DNA of 61,729 bases, the filler included. It is 3 parts of 3 records of this genome, joined end to end, with 100 filler letters (N's around TTAATTAATTAA, not from the genome) between each part and the next. Parts side by side here need not be neighbours in the genome. Positions count along the whole stretch, not along the records: positions 1 to 26,118 come from SRR31156797_1940; 2 more parts are not named here. One strand, 5' to 3'. Positions 10,687-21,374 of the stretch are shown here, in pieces. Within the stretch, counting starts at the first letter, position 1. The number at the start of each line of letters is the position of its first letter. Below the pieces are notes generated by a model, which searched no databases, was not told where the DNA came from, and saw only the letters and a program-made list of their open reading frames with translations. The position numbers and the translations under genes are program-made.

Positions 10687-11583
10687 ATGAAAAAAATACT
10701 ATTTTTTCTTTTAATATTATTTGCAACTAATCATTCTTTTTGTCAGGATTTACTATCAATGCTTGACGAGCAATCTGGAGAACCGGTATATTTTGTAGAA
10801 GGTACTTTTAAATCTGTTCGAATGGTAAATGGCTATAGTTCAGAGGTAGCCGGAAAAAATGATCTTGTTTTTTCAATAAGCCATAGGTTTGGACCGGTAA
10901 GTGGTGGAGCATATGAGTTTTATGGATTAGATCAATCAACCATTCGATTGGGTTTTGAATATGGATTCAATGATATAGTATCTATTGGAATTGGTCGTAG
11001 CAGTTATGAAAAGCTTTTTGATGGTTTTATGAAGGTTAGGCTAGTACGACAAAAAAATACTGGACTTCCCTTTTCTATTACTTTAATGGAAGGCATGCAA
11101 TATAAATCGCTAAAATGGACCAGAAGAGATTTGGATTATCCTGAAACAGCTCGCTTATCTTACGTGCATGAGCTATTTATTGCTCGAAAGTTTAATAAAT
11201 GGTTTTCAGCTCAGATTGTACCAGTAGTAGTGCATCGTAACTGGGTTACTGAAGAAGAGGAACAAAATATTGTAGCAGCTGTTGGTATAGGTGGAGTATT
11301 TACAGTTAATCACTGGTTAGGAATTAATGCTGAGTATTATCACCTTTTACCGGGTCATACTGCTGACAATTTTAAAAACTCATTGGCGGTTGGTGTAGAG
11401 CTTGAAACTGGTGGGGGGCATGTATTTCAAATCCATTTGTCCAATTCAACCGGAATGACAGAGAAAAACTTTGTGCCGGAGAATGAAGGAAGTTGGCTTG
11501 ATGGCGATGTGGCACTAGGATTTAATTTGATCAGGGTTTTTAACCTGGATAAAAAACCAAAGAAAAAGAAAAGAATAAAATAA
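10687..11583 (+). CDS. DUF5777-like outer-membrane beta-barrel protein
   Basis: QDLLSML mature N-terminus, ISHRFG, YGLD, ETGGGHVFQ and GFNLIRVF motifs. Confidence 0.8.
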   Translation: MKKILFFLLILFATNHSFCQDLLSMLDEQSGEPVYFVEGTFKSVRMVNGYSSEVAGKNDLVFSISHRFGPVSGGAYEFYGLDQSTIRLGFEYGFNDIVSIGIGRSSYEKLFDGFMKVRLVRQKNTGLPFSITLMEGMQYKSLKWTRRDLDYPETARLSYVHELFIARKFNKWFSAQIVPVVVHRNWVTEEEEQNIVAAVGIGGVFTVNHWLGINAEYYHLLPGHTADNFKNSLAVGVELETGGGHVFQIHLSNSTGMTEKNFVPENEGSWLDGDVALGFNLIRVFNLDKKPKKKKRIK

Positions 11584-11589
11584 AAACGT

Positions 11590-12132
11590 ATGAAAAAGCT
11601 CATGTTTCTGATATTTCTCATGTCTATCTTTTTACATGGAATTACACAAGATTTGTACAAGGTATCAAAAGCTGATGTGAAGTTTACCTCTGATGCTAAG
11701 TTGGAATTAATTGAAGCTGAAACAACCAATGCTCAGGGAGTAATCAATAATTCAGATAATACTTTTGCATTTCGTGTACCCATGAATACTTTCAGAGGAT
11801 TTAACAGTTCTATGCAGCGAACTCATTTTAATACAAACTATCTGGAAACTGCTAAATACCCATTTACAATTTTTGAGGGGAAAATAATTGAGGATGTTGA
11901 TTTTAGTAAACCAGGAGACTACATGGTAAGAGGGAAAGGCAAGTTTACCTGTCATGGGAAGGTGCAAGAGCGAATTATCAAATGTAAGGTGAAATCTCAA
12001 AATGGAAAAATTACTGTTACATCTGAATTTTCAGTATTCCTTGAGGATCACAACATTGAGATACCCACAGTTGTTTATCAAAAAATAGCTGAAGAGATTA
12101 CCGTTGATCTATATTTTGAGCTAACTAAATAA
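11590..12132 (+). CDS. YceI family protein
   Basis: Signal peptide, F.SDA.LE.IEA, HFN.NYLET.KYP, HG, IEIP motifs. Confidence 0.85.
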   Translation: MKKLMFLIFLMSIFLHGITQDLYKVSKADVKFTSDAKLELIEAETTNAQGVINNSDNTFAFRVPMNTFRGFNSSMQRTHFNTNYLETAKYPFTIFEGKIIEDVDFSKPGDYMVRGKGKFTCHGKVQERIIKCKVKSQNGKITVTSEFSVFLEDHNIEIPTVVYQKIAEEITVDLYFELTK

Positions 12133-12133
12133 T

Positions 12134-15100
12134 ATGCGTTATAAACTATTATTTTCTGTACTTGTTTTTCTGCTTTCAGCGATGGCCTATGGTCAATCTC
12201 CAAAAGTTGAAACTTTTGATATTCTTGGTGAGGAAGAACCAATAAATGTAAATGTGGTTTATCAAGATATGTCAGGGTTTATCTGGATTGGAACTGATCA
12301 GGGCTTATTTAAGTATGATGCTGCATATTTTTATGCTTTTTCCACAGAAGACAGTATTGCTGAAAATTATGTTTCTTCCATTGGAAATAGTAATTCGAAT
12401 GGTTTTTGGGTCGGACATCAAACGGGAAAAATTACACAATATAATGGTGTTGAATTTGAAGTATTTAATCCAGAGTCTGGGCTTGGACAAATAGAGGTAT
12501 CTTTTATCGATCAGCCCAATGATTCTATGATGTGGTTTGCCACACTGGGAGAGGGGGTTTACTATTACAAGGGAACTTCCAGAAAGCGCATGTATAACCT
12601 CGATCAGAGTGATGGATTGTTAGATAATTATGTATATAAAATTGTTCATGATGGTAACGGTCTGCACTACATGGCCACTGATCGTGGAATATCAATTTAT
12701 GATTCGAAGAAAGATACTTTCATAGCTAGCTTAAATTCAAAAGTTGGATTACCTGATAATTTGGTGAAAGATATAGAGTTGATTGGCGACAAACTATGGA
12801 TTGCAATGGAAGAAGGAGGGGTGTGTCTGTATGATATTGTTGCTAAGGATTTTCATATAATTGAGGGTTGGACTTATGGAGCCATAACAGATATGCTAGT
12901 TATGGATGAATCGGAAATCTGGGTAGGAACCAAAGGAAATGGGCTGTTTCGTGTTATGTTGGATTCAGATAAAAATATGTGGGTTACTCAATTTGACCGT
13001 GCTTCAGGATTACCTTCTAAGCGAGTGAATAGTATCTTTAAAGACAGGGAAAATAATATTTGGATTGCAACCACAAAAGGATTGGCAATAATTCGAAATA
13101 ACAATCTTTCCTACTTAACTCAAGAAAGTGGTTTTGAATTGACTAACATATATAACCTGACTGTTGATAAATTAGGTCAAATATGGATTGCAAGTCAGCA
13201 AGGTCTATATACTTTTAAAATTGATAAAGATGGAAGTAAGCACGAAAAGAAATGGTTTGATGAGCCGAATTTTAGTGCTGTTGCTTTTATTTCATTATAT
13301 ACAGATCAAGAAGGATTTGTTTGGGCAGGGACATATGGAAATGGTGTTTTTAGAATTGATCCAAATACTGGAAAGTACGAAATAATTGATGTCGCTGATG
13401 GTTTATGCAATGCTAATGTTATGCATATCAGCGGTTTTGGTGATAATATTTATTTTTCGACCCTTGGTGGTGGGGTAAGTAAATTAAACACAACCAACGG
13501 AGAATATAGCTTTCAAACTATTGATATCAATGCAGGAATGCCTTCTAATTATGTGTATGCAACATATCCGGTAGCTAAAAATGAATTGTGGATTGCTACT
13601 GATGGAGGAGGCCCGGTACATTGTGTTGATGGCAACGTAAAAACGTTTAATGATCCTCTGGTAGACTCTTTGGGAAAAGTTATTTATAATATTACTATTG
13701 ATTCACGCAATAATATTTGGATGATGACATCCGGAAATGGCCTTTTGCGTTATGATGGAGAAAAATTCACGCAATTATGTGCGAAAAACGGGCTAAACTC
13801 AAATAGTATGCAAGCAATGGTAGCCGATGATTTTGGTAACTTACTATTGTTTCAAAAAGGAAACATTAATATTGTGAATGATAGCAGCTTTGAAGTAACA
13901 TCTATGAACAGTATTGCTGAGCTCAATAATATTTATCCCAACTTAAATGCTTGGACATATGATGGGCAAGGAAATCTATTGATAGGTTTGCAAAAAGGAA
14001 TATTAAAAAAGAAATTAGTTCGTGACCATTTTGAGGTATTACCAAATCTTATTTTTACAAAAAGACAATTGTTCTACACTGATATCGAGGTAGATAAAAG
14101 TGAGTTTAAGTATTTTCAAAATCACCTGACTTTTCATTTTGCTGCACTTTGGTTTTTGAGCGTAGATGATATCCAATATAGGTATAAGCTTGAGAATTAT
14201 GATATAGATTGGGGAATGCCCACAACGAATCGGACTACTACCTATTCATTTTTACCACCTGGAAGTTATGAGTTCAAATTTCAGGTTCAGTTGCCTAATG
14301 GTAAATGGTTTGGTAATGAGAACAGTCAGTTTTCATTTGTAATAAATCCACCATTTTGGCAAACTACCTGGTTTATTATTGTTGCTTCAATTGTACTATT
14401 AGTATTAATCTATTTGGTTATTGTACTTAGAACAAGGAAATTGGAGCGGGACAAGGAATTATTAGAACAGGAAGTAATTAAACGTACTGCAGAAATTCAA
14501 AATCAAAAAGAAGAAATTGAAGCGCAACGTGATGAGATTGAAAGACAACGTGACCATGTAACAGAGCAGAAAAAAGAGATCGAACAACAAAATAAGCATA
14601 TTACGGATAGTATTATTTATGCTAAAAGGATACAAGAAGCAGTTCTACCACCAGAAGAAGTGTTTGATGAAGCTTTAAATGACTATTTTATCTATTTTAA
14701 ACCTCGTGATATTGTGAGTGGCGATTTTTATTATCTCAATAAGATAGATAATAGAATAATAGTTGCAGCGGCGGATTGCACAGGACATGGCGTACCGGGA
14801 GCATTCATGAGTTTATTGGGAATTGCCTTTTTAAACCAAATTGTGAGTAGGTTAAATCCGGGTTTTAATGCAGCAGATATGCTTAACCAATTACGTGCGG
14901 AGGTGAAAAAAGCTCTAAGGCAAACTGGAAAGAAAGGTGAAGCAAAAGATGGAATGGATATTTCATTATGTATTATTGATTCAAGCAATAAAAAACTTGA
15001 TTTTGCCGGGGCATACAATCCTTTGTTGATTGCTCGAGATAAGGAAGAAATAGTCTATCGTGCTGATAGAATGCCTATTGGTGTTCATTATAAGGAAGAT

Positions 15101-15352
15101 AAAGCCTTTACCAATAATCAAGTTGAGCTTCAGGAAGGTGATATGTTGTATATGTACTCTGATGGTTTTCAGGATCAGTTTGGAGGAGAAGATAAACGGA
15201 AATTTTTCTCGAAACCTTTTAGAGAATTGTTAATTAAAAATTCTGATCAATCAACTGATAAACAAAAACAAATGCTTGATTATACTTTTGAGAATTGGAA
15301 GGCTGAGATGGATCAAATAGATGATGTGATCGTGTTGGGAATTAGGATATAG
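12134..15352 (+). CDS. Membrane sensor: beta-propeller/Y_Y_Y periplasmic domain, TM helix, coiled coil and SpoIIE/PP2C phosphatase
   Basis: Repeated WIxTxxGL propeller motifs, PPFWQTTWF TM, VSGDFY, ADCTGHGVPGAFMS, SDGFQDQFGG, QIDDV. Confidence 0.9.
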   Translation: MRYKLLFSVLVFLLSAMAYGQSPKVETFDILGEEEPINVNVVYQDMSGFIWIGTDQGLFKYDAAYFYAFSTEDSIAENYVSSIGNSNSNGFWVGHQTGKITQYNGVEFEVFNPESGLGQIEVSFIDQPNDSMMWFATLGEGVYYYKGTSRKRMYNLDQSDGLLDNYVYKIVHDGNGLHYMATDRGISIYDSKKDTFIASLNSKVGLPDNLVKDIELIGDKLWIAMEEGGVCLYDIVAKDFHIIEGWTYGAITDMLVMDESEIWVGTKGNGLFRVMLDSDKNMWVTQFDRASGLPSKRVNSIFKDRENNIWIATTKGLAIIRNNNLSYLTQESGFELTNIYNLTVDKLGQIWIASQQGLYTFKIDKDGSKHEKKWFDEPNFSAVAFISLYTDQEGFVWAGTYGNGVFRIDPNTGKYEIIDVADGLCNANVMHISGFGDNIYFSTLGGGVSKLNTTNGEYSFQTIDINAGMPSNYVYATYPVAKNELWIATDGGGPVHCVDGNVKTFNDPLVDSLGKVIYNITIDSRNNIWMMTSGNGLLRYDGEKFTQLCAKNGLNSNSMQAMVADDFGNLLLFQKGNINIVNDSSFEVTSMNSIAELNNIYPNLNAWTYDGQGNLLIGLQKGILKKKLVRDHFEVLPNLIFTKRQLFYTDIEVDKSEFKYFQNHLTFHFAALWFLSVDDIQYRYKLENYDIDWGMPTTNRTTTYSFLPPGSYEFKFQVQLPNGKWFGNENSQFSFVINPPFWQTTWFIIVASIVLLVLIYLVIVLRTRKLERDKELLEQEVIKRTAEIQNQKEEIEAQRDEIERQRDHVTEQKKEIEQQNKHITDSIIYAKRIQEAVLPPEEVFDEALNDYFIYFKPRDIVSGDFYYLNKIDNRIIVAAADCTGHGVPGAFMSLLGIAFLNQIVSRLNPGFNAADMLNQLRAEVKKALRQTGKKGEAKDGMDISLCIIDSSNKKLDFAGAYNPLLIARDKEEIVYRADRMPIGVHYKEDKAFTNNQVELQEGDMLYMYSDGFQDQFGGEDKRKFFSKPFRELLIKNSDQSTDKQKQMLDYTFENWKAEMDQIDDVIVLGIRI

Positions 15353-15406
15353 AAGTACGGTAAGAAATATTCATAGAGATACGATCTAAAAACCTTTATA
15401 AAAAAT

Positions 15407-15434
15407 AGAAGCCCGACTAAAAAATCGGGCTTCT
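15407..15434. terminator. Hairpin terminator between convergent genes
   Basis: agaagcccga…tcgggcttct with an upstream A-tract. Confidence 0.7.
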
Positions 15435-15447
15435 GCATGTTAAATAT

Positions 15448-16755
15448 TTATTCTGTTGGTCGTTTAATCTTTACTTCCATCCATTTTTCCAAAATATTAT
15501 AAATACTGTCCTTCATGTGTTCAGGATAATTTCTGATTCGTGTTGCATGGTTTTTACCTGGATTGAATAAGCGCACTGCGTTGGTGTTAGGTCCGGGCGC
15601 AGCTGCTGTAGCAGACCATGCATCCTGACCTCCATATAAGTAAAGCATATAATTCCCTTCATTTTTCACCCATTTATCCACTTTTTGCATGGGTTCTGGA
15701 TTAAACTTAACGTTTTCATATCCCTTTGGCAGCGTCCAGCTAAAATCTACCATCCCGGACATGTTTGTATAACCTTCAAATTTATCCGCATCATATCCAT
15801 ACATTCCAATTTCTGTCATTCCCTGGAAGAAAAATGGGAGTGTAGGCAATATGCCATTGTATTCAAAGAATGAAAATCCGGTATAAATTTTCCAGTATTC
15901 GAAAATATCTTTATTCGAAGCAGTTAATGGAGGAATACTTTCACAATCATTATGCACCCATTGCCAAAGGGCAAAATCAAATTCAAAAACAGATAAATCG
16001 TAAGCACTATCTAACCCCATAGTGAAATGCCAGTTCTTACGTTTTGCTTCTTCTTTGAAAAGCTTGAATAATTTGTCCTTGCGCTTAAAGAGTTCTAATT
16101 GAAAATTGTATATTTTTTCACGACATTCTGCTGTACCCACGGTGTCAAGAAATAATTGAACTCTTTCGTCAGTAGCAGAATAGTTGAGTGGTGCAACATA
16201 TGGTACGCTAACATCCACATCGTTAGGGTACATACTACGGTGAAACATAGTAGTTTGACCACCTTTACTGATACCTGTTGTAAGCCATTTTTTATTATAG
16301 AATTGTTTGAAAGCCTGTATTATCTTATGTTGGTCAGCAGCTGCATTGGCTACATTTAAAAACCTCCATGGAATGCTATCTTTGGGTCTTGATTTGTCAA
16401 AGAATCTATGCTCTATGGTAATTTGATTGGCATCAAGTAATTCGCATAGCTCTGATGGCCCGGTACCATATAGCATATAACCTTCCAATACGACCACCAT
16501 TGGTCTTTCAAAGCTTTTGTGAGAATAAATAACCTTTTGAGGAAAATAACCGGCTTCAGGATTCTTGTGATCAAGTGGTTGCTTAAACCATAATTCATAG
16601 GTAACTTCAAAGGAGGTATCACCTTGTAGAATCTTAATACTGTCTATTGATTCTATATTTTCAATAATAGATTCAGGGTTTACAACAGTTTTTTGACAAG
16701 ATATAAAGCCAATTGAAAATACAAATAGTATTAATAATAAGTTGTTCTTAATCAT
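15448..16755 (-). CDS. S28/S37 (PS-10-like) serine aminopeptidase lipoprotein
   Basis: Lipobox FISC, QPLDH, IEHRFF, GISKGG nucleophile elbow, DAWSA, KNH. Confidence 0.85.
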   Translation of the reverse strand: MIKNNLLLILFVFSIGFISCQKTVVNPESIIENIESIDSIKILQGDTSFEVTYELWFKQPLDHKNPEAGYFPQKVIYSHKSFERPMVVVLEGYMLYGTGPSELCELLDANQITIEHRFFDKSRPKDSIPWRFLNVANAAADQHKIIQAFKQFYNKKWLTTGISKGGQTTMFHRSMYPNDVDVSVPYVAPLNYSATDERVQLFLDTVGTAECREKIYNFQLELFKRKDKLFKLFKEEAKRKNWHFTMGLDSAYDLSVFEFDFALWQWVHNDCESIPPLTASNKDIFEYWKIYTGFSFFEYNGILPTLPFFFQGMTEIGMYGYDADKFEGYTNMSGMVDFSWTLPKGYENVKFNPEPMQKVDKWVKNEGNYMLYLYGGQDAWSATAAAPGPNTNAVRLFNPGKNHATRIRNYPEHMKDSIYNILEKWMEVKIKRPTE

Positions 16756-16839
16756 AGCTAAAGAATTTTATTTTAAGCTAATATACATGAAAAAAATACA
16801 AATGGTAAAACGATACTATAATTGAACCATACCGAACAT

Positions 16840-19158
16840 TTATTCTTTTGGTGATATGGGAACCGTGAAATAAAATGTCGACCCTGCATTTAATTCAGAT
16901 TCAACCCATAGTTTTCCTCCCCAATGGTCGACAATTTTTTTGGAAATTGATAATCCAAGTCCTGTTCCCCCTTTAATTTTAGCATATTCAAACTCAATTT
17001 GTCTAAATCGCTTGAAGATGTTCTCCTTTTCTTCCTCGGGTATGCCTATTCCGGTATCTTTGACATAAAATTCAACAAGGCTATTGTTCTTAGTATATCC
17101 CAGGGTTATAACACCTTCTTCAGTAAACTTAATGGCATTGTTTATTAAATTGATAAATACTTGTCTAAGTCTCGCATCATCAGCTTTTAGCGTAAATTCA
17201 TCTGCTTCCGAAAATTGATGTGAAAGTTCAACATTTTTAGATTCAATAGTTGGAGTAAAGAATGAAATTAAATCATTGATAAGACTATGAACCTTTATGG
17301 TTTTATATACAAAGTTTAGTTTTCCACTTTCAATTTTAGAAATATCCAGTATATCATTAACCAATACCATAAGTCGGTTGCTATTTTGTATAATTATATC
17401 TGAGTATTTCTCAGTTTTTTCTTTGGATAATTCTTTAGATTGAAGCAATCTGGCAAATCCAATGATGCCGTTCATTGGCGTTCTGATTTCATGACTCATA
17501 TTAGCTAAAAATGCAGATTTAAGTCGATCGCTTTCTTCTGCTTTATTTTTGGCAATTCTAAGTTCTTTCTCAATATTTTTTCTTGTTGTAATATTGTCAA
17601 TAATGATTAATACTAGTTTTTTCTTCTTCTTGTAAAGAATTGAAGTTGAAACAAGTAAGGTATAGTCTGTTGGCTTCCCTTTAATATAAAGTCTTACAGT
17701 AACTTCCTTTTTTTGCGAGGTTACATTATTTTTTAAAGCATCGTGGTATATCGATTCGATGCTAATTGGTTTTTCATCGTTGCTATGAATGTTAAATAGC
17801 GTATAGATAGTTTTATCAGCTTTAATCTTGTTTGAGATCAAAGTATGCTCATTATGCTTGATAATTTTTCCCTGATGATCTACTAAAAGAATTAAAAAGG
17901 GAGCTAAATCAAATGTCCTTTCTAAAATTTTCTCATTTTCTTCGATCTCTTTGTTCGCTTCAAATTTTTCTGTTACATCTCTTGAAATGATTTGTATAAG
18001 TTGTTGTTCATAATTTACAGACTCATATAGCTTGCAATTTGATTCAGCTATTATATAGGAATTATCACTTCTTCTAACCCTGTGCGTAAGCGTTTCAGTT
18101 TGTTTGTTTTCAAGAATTAAGGGTATAATGTTTTTGTATTCTTTGTAATCATCATTGTGTAATAGTAAACTAATATTTTTACCAATGTAGGCTTCTTCAT
18201 CAATTCCCAGGGAAATTTTTGCAGCTGGCGAAAGATATTTTATTACGCCTTCACTATTATGAAGTGCAATAATATCTGTGGAGTTATCCGTAATCATTCT
18301 GAATTTTTCTTCATTATTGGCTAAAGTATTTTCAGCTATTATTCTTTTTTCAAATACTTTAATTAAAATTCGTGAAGTTAGAATCCCAATAAAAACCTGA
18401 ATGATGAGTGCCAGAATTGTATATTGTTTTTCTTCCTGGGAGATAGATTTTATAAGTAATTGGTCTAACAAATAAAAAGCTCCCCAAATGATAATAGAAA
18501 TGGCTATGGTAAGAATAAAAATAAAATGATTGGCTCTCATTTCAGGAAATACAGTCTGGCCTAGTATTTTTCTTACATAAGGTAGTTTTGTGAATAATTC
18601 AGCTGTGATTAAAAGAAATAAAAAATTAATGGCATCTTTTATCATGAGTGTTTTAAGAATGCTGTAGGAGAACTGGCTAATAGTTGGTGTGTCAAAGAAT
18701 TTGCTGTTAAACTGCATTAATTGATTATATAAACCTAAATATGTGATTGTATAAAGTATAAATGCAATAATAAATATGATTGCAAAACGGTATATGAGAG
18801 TTAGGCTTTCATCTTTCTTGCGGTTATGGAATAGAATTCCTGTTACATAAAAAAGAATAAGTAATAAAATAGCAGTTGGTACATTGGCAATACCTTCTTG
18901 CGGCCATAAATAAAAAGGGTAAAAAGCTGCACCACTTATGCCACTTAGCAAACCATAATTTTTTCCATAGCTTATGGCAATAACCAGAGGTAAAATTAAT
19001 ATCCAGGGAAAATTTACATTAATAACTTCAAGATCAATTTTGAAATTGAATTTTGATAGGAAAAATGATAGTAGTCCAAAGAAAATAGCAATTGAAATTT
19101 TCATCCAATTAGCATACGAATTAATATAAACCCTTTCTGTGTTTTTGTTACTACTCAT
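16840..19158 (-). CDS. Membrane PAS sensor histidine kinase without receiver domain
   Basis: Multiple TM helices, PAS, FLANMSHEIRTP, NAIKFT, DTGIG, GTGLGL. Confidence 0.9.
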   Translation of the reverse strand: MSSNKNTERVYINSYANWMKISIAIFFGLLSFFLSKFNFKIDLEVINVNFPWILILPLVIAISYGKNYGLLSGISGAAFYPFYLWPQEGIANVPTAILLLILFYVTGILFHNRKKDESLTLIYRFAIIFIIAFILYTITYLGLYNQLMQFNSKFFDTPTISQFSYSILKTLMIKDAINFLFLLITAELFTKLPYVRKILGQTVFPEMRANHFIFILTIAISIIIWGAFYLLDQLLIKSISQEEKQYTILALIIQVFIGILTSRILIKVFEKRIIAENTLANNEEKFRMITDNSTDIIALHNSEGVIKYLSPAAKISLGIDEEAYIGKNISLLLHNDDYKEYKNIIPLILENKQTETLTHRVRRSDNSYIIAESNCKLYESVNYEQQLIQIISRDVTEKFEANKEIEENEKILERTFDLAPFLILLVDHQGKIIKHNEHTLISNKIKADKTIYTLFNIHSNDEKPISIESIYHDALKNNVTSQKKEVTVRLYIKGKPTDYTLLVSTSILYKKKKKLVLIIIDNITTRKNIEKELRIAKNKAEESDRLKSAFLANMSHEIRTPMNGIIGFARLLQSKELSKEKTEKYSDIIIQNSNRLMVLVNDILDISKIESGKLNFVYKTIKVHSLINDLISFFTPTIESKNVELSHQFSEADEFTLKADDARLRQVFINLINNAIKFTEEGVITLGYTKNNSLVEFYVKDTGIGIPEEEKENIFKRFRQIEFEYAKIKGGTGLGLSISKKIVDHWGGKLWVESELNAGSTFYFTVPISPKE

Positions 19159-19195
19159 TATAAGATGTCAATTTATCTTTTTAATTTTCTTTAAA

Positions 19196-19759
19196 TTAAC
19201 TTTCAGGGTGTTTAAAACAAGATATTAAATGATCATTTACCATACCTATAGATTGCATATAAGCATATATGATCGTTGATCCCACAAAGTTCATCCCTCT
19301 TTTCTTTAAATCTTTTGAGATTTTATCAGACAGTTCTGTTTTAGCTGGCACCTCTTTAGGTTTTTTCCATGAATTTATAATGGTTTTATGATCTGCAAAT
19401 TGCCAAATGTAATTGTTAAAAGAATCGAATTCATTTTGAATTTCAATGAAAACCTTTGCATTCCTTATAGCTGACTTAATTTTGAGTTTATTTCTTACTA
19501 TACCTTCATTAGAAAGCAATTCTTTTTCTTTTTTTTCATCGTATTGAGCAACTTTCTGAACATCAAAATTGTCAAAAGCTAATTTGTAATTTTCTCTTTT
19601 ATGAAGTATTGTGGACCATGAAAGCCCAGCTTGCGCACCTTCTAAAACAAGCATCTCGAAAAGTAATCGATCATCATGTGTTGGTTCTCCCCATTCTTCA
19701 TCGTGATATTGAATGTAAAGCGGATCATTCTCAGAGGCCCACCAGCATCTTTTATTCAT
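19196..19759 (-). CDS. tag: DNA-3-methyladenine glycosylase I
   Basis: RCWW…YHDEEWG, LEGAQAGLSW, NDHLISC; ATG at 19759 overlaps the upstream stop (alternative start 19765). Confidence 0.95.
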   Translation of the reverse strand: MNKRCWWASENDPLYIQYHDEEWGEPTHDDRLLFEMLVLEGAQAGLSWSTILHKRENYKLAFDNFDVQKVAQYDEKKEKELLSNEGIVRNKLKIKSAIRNAKVFIEIQNEFDSFNNYIWQFADHKTIINSWKKPKEVPAKTELSDKISKDLKKRGMNFVGSTIIYAYMQSIGMVNDHLISCFKHPES

Positions 19760-20099
19760 TTTCATTTTGTTCCTTTTTATATTTTTTGGTATAACCTGCC
19801 TCTGATTTGTAGTTCGTATAGTAAACTAAAATATCTGCTTCTGATTTATAATGGGTAAAATATACCTTATGATCTGCTTCGCTTTTATATTGTGTATAAT
19901 ACCACATTCCGCTGTTTGGTTTGGCTTCACTTTTATAATGGGTTTCATAAATTAACAAGTGAGCTTCTGATTTATATTTGGTTTCATAAATAATTAAATC
20001 AGCTTCTGATTTGTAGTTAGTTCTATAAATCTTTTGAGCATTTAAGCTTATTGAGAAAATCACTAGTAGTATGCTTATAGTCAGATGTTTGTGTTTCAT
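19752..20099 (-). CDS. Small exported repeat protein (DUF6150-like)
   Basis: Signal peptide from the Met at 20099; six YxTxYKSEA repeats. Confidence 0.75.
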   Translation of the reverse strand: MKHKHLTISILLVIFSISLNAQKIYRTNYKSEADLIIYETKYKSEAHLLIYETHYKSEAKPNSGMWYYTQYKSEADHKVYFTHYKSEADILVYYTNYKSEAGYTKKYKKEQNENE

Positions 20100-20199
20100 T
20101 TGTGTTTGCAGATTAATTGTAGATATTTTATTGCTGTAAAACATTACGTATTAAGTAATATTTATACTAAATTCGCTAAAAAATTTTAAAAGCACAATT

Positions 20200-21273
20200 A
20201 TGAGAAAACATATTTTTAATGCAGGTCCTTGTAAACTGCCAGAACAAGCATTGGAGAACACATCAATAGCTGTAAAGGAATTTGAAAATGCGGGTCAATC
20301 TGTAATGGAATTGTCGCACCGCAGTAAAGATTTTCAAGGTGTAATGGATGAGGCCCAGCAATTATTTAAGGATTTGCTTAATGTGCCTGAAAACTATGAA
20401 GTTCTTTTCTTAGGAGGCGGAGCATCTACTCAATTTGCAATGATTCCTTTCAATTTCCTTAAGAAAAAGGCTGCTTATGTAAATACCGGAACCTGGTCAG
20501 CAAAAGCAATCAAAGAAGCTAAATTATTTGGCGAGGTGGAGGTTATTGCATCAAGTGAAGATAAAGACTTTGCTTATTATCCAAAAGTTGAATTAAATGG
20601 AGATTATGATTATCTTCATATTACATCAAATAATACAATTCGTGGAACGGAAATCTTTGAAGATTTAGATGTGAATGTTCCTTTGATTGCTGATATGTCA
20701 TCAGATATGATGAGCCGTAAAATCGATGTTTCTAAATACGCTATGATTTATGGTGGAGCTCAAAAAAATGTAGGTCCTGCCGGAGTTACTTTCGTTATTA
20801 TTCGCAAAGATTTCATGGAAGATATTGCTGATCGTGTAATTCCTTCAATGTTGAAATATACTACACATGCAGAGAAAGGCTCTATGTACAATACACCTCC
20901 ATGTATCAACATTTTTGTAATGAAAGAAACGTTGAATTGGGTGAAAGAACAAGGTGGCGTGGAAGAAATGGAGCGTCGTGCAAAAGAACGTGCTGATATG
21001 CTTTATGGTGAGATTGATCGCAACCCAATGTTCAAAGGAACTGTGATTGATCCTGCATCTCGTTCACGTATGAATATCACATTTATCTTTGAGGATCAGT
21101 ATCAAGAGTTTCAGGATGAATTTGTTAAATTCGCTGGCGAAAACAATGTGATAGGAATTAAAGGTCACCGTTCAGTGGGTGGTTTCCGTGCATCAACTTA
21201 TAATGCTAGCAGCATGGAAGATGTAAAAGCCCTTGTTGCTTGCATGCAAGAGTTTGAAAAGAAACATGCTTAA
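20200..21273 (+). CDS. serC: Phosphoserine aminotransferase
   Basis: FNAGP, SHRS, GGASTQF, ADMSSD, GAQKNVGPAG, GHRSVGGFRAS. Confidence 0.97.
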   Translation: MRKHIFNAGPCKLPEQALENTSIAVKEFENAGQSVMELSHRSKDFQGVMDEAQQLFKDLLNVPENYEVLFLGGGASTQFAMIPFNFLKKKAAYVNTGTWSAKAIKEAKLFGEVEVIASSEDKDFAYYPKVELNGDYDYLHITSNNTIRGTEIFEDLDVNVPLIADMSSDMMSRKIDVSKYAMIYGGAQKNVGPAGVTFVIIRKDFMEDIADRVIPSMLKYTTHAEKGSMYNTPPCINIFVMKETLNWVKEQGGVEEMERRAKERADMLYGEIDRNPMFKGTVIDPASRSRMNITFIFEDQYQEFQDEFVKFAGENNVIGIKGHRSVGGFRASTYNASSMEDVKALVACMQEFEKKHA

Positions 21274-21300
21274 ATGATTTTATTAAAATAATCACATATA

Positions 21301-21334
21301 CAGGTCACGCTTTCCGTAAAGGAGGTGTGACTTG
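21301..21334 (+). other. Intercistronic stem-loop between serC and serA
   Basis: caggtcacgc-tttcc…gga-ggtgtgacttg; G-U pairs on the + strand, no U-tract. Confidence 0.5.
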
Positions 21335-21374
21335 TTGGTTTAAAAAGTTTTAACTAATTTAAAATAAACGCATT

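Noticed and set aside
19790-20030. Periodic DNA repeats (tctgatttata)
   Set aside because: Fully explained by the YKSEA protein repeats
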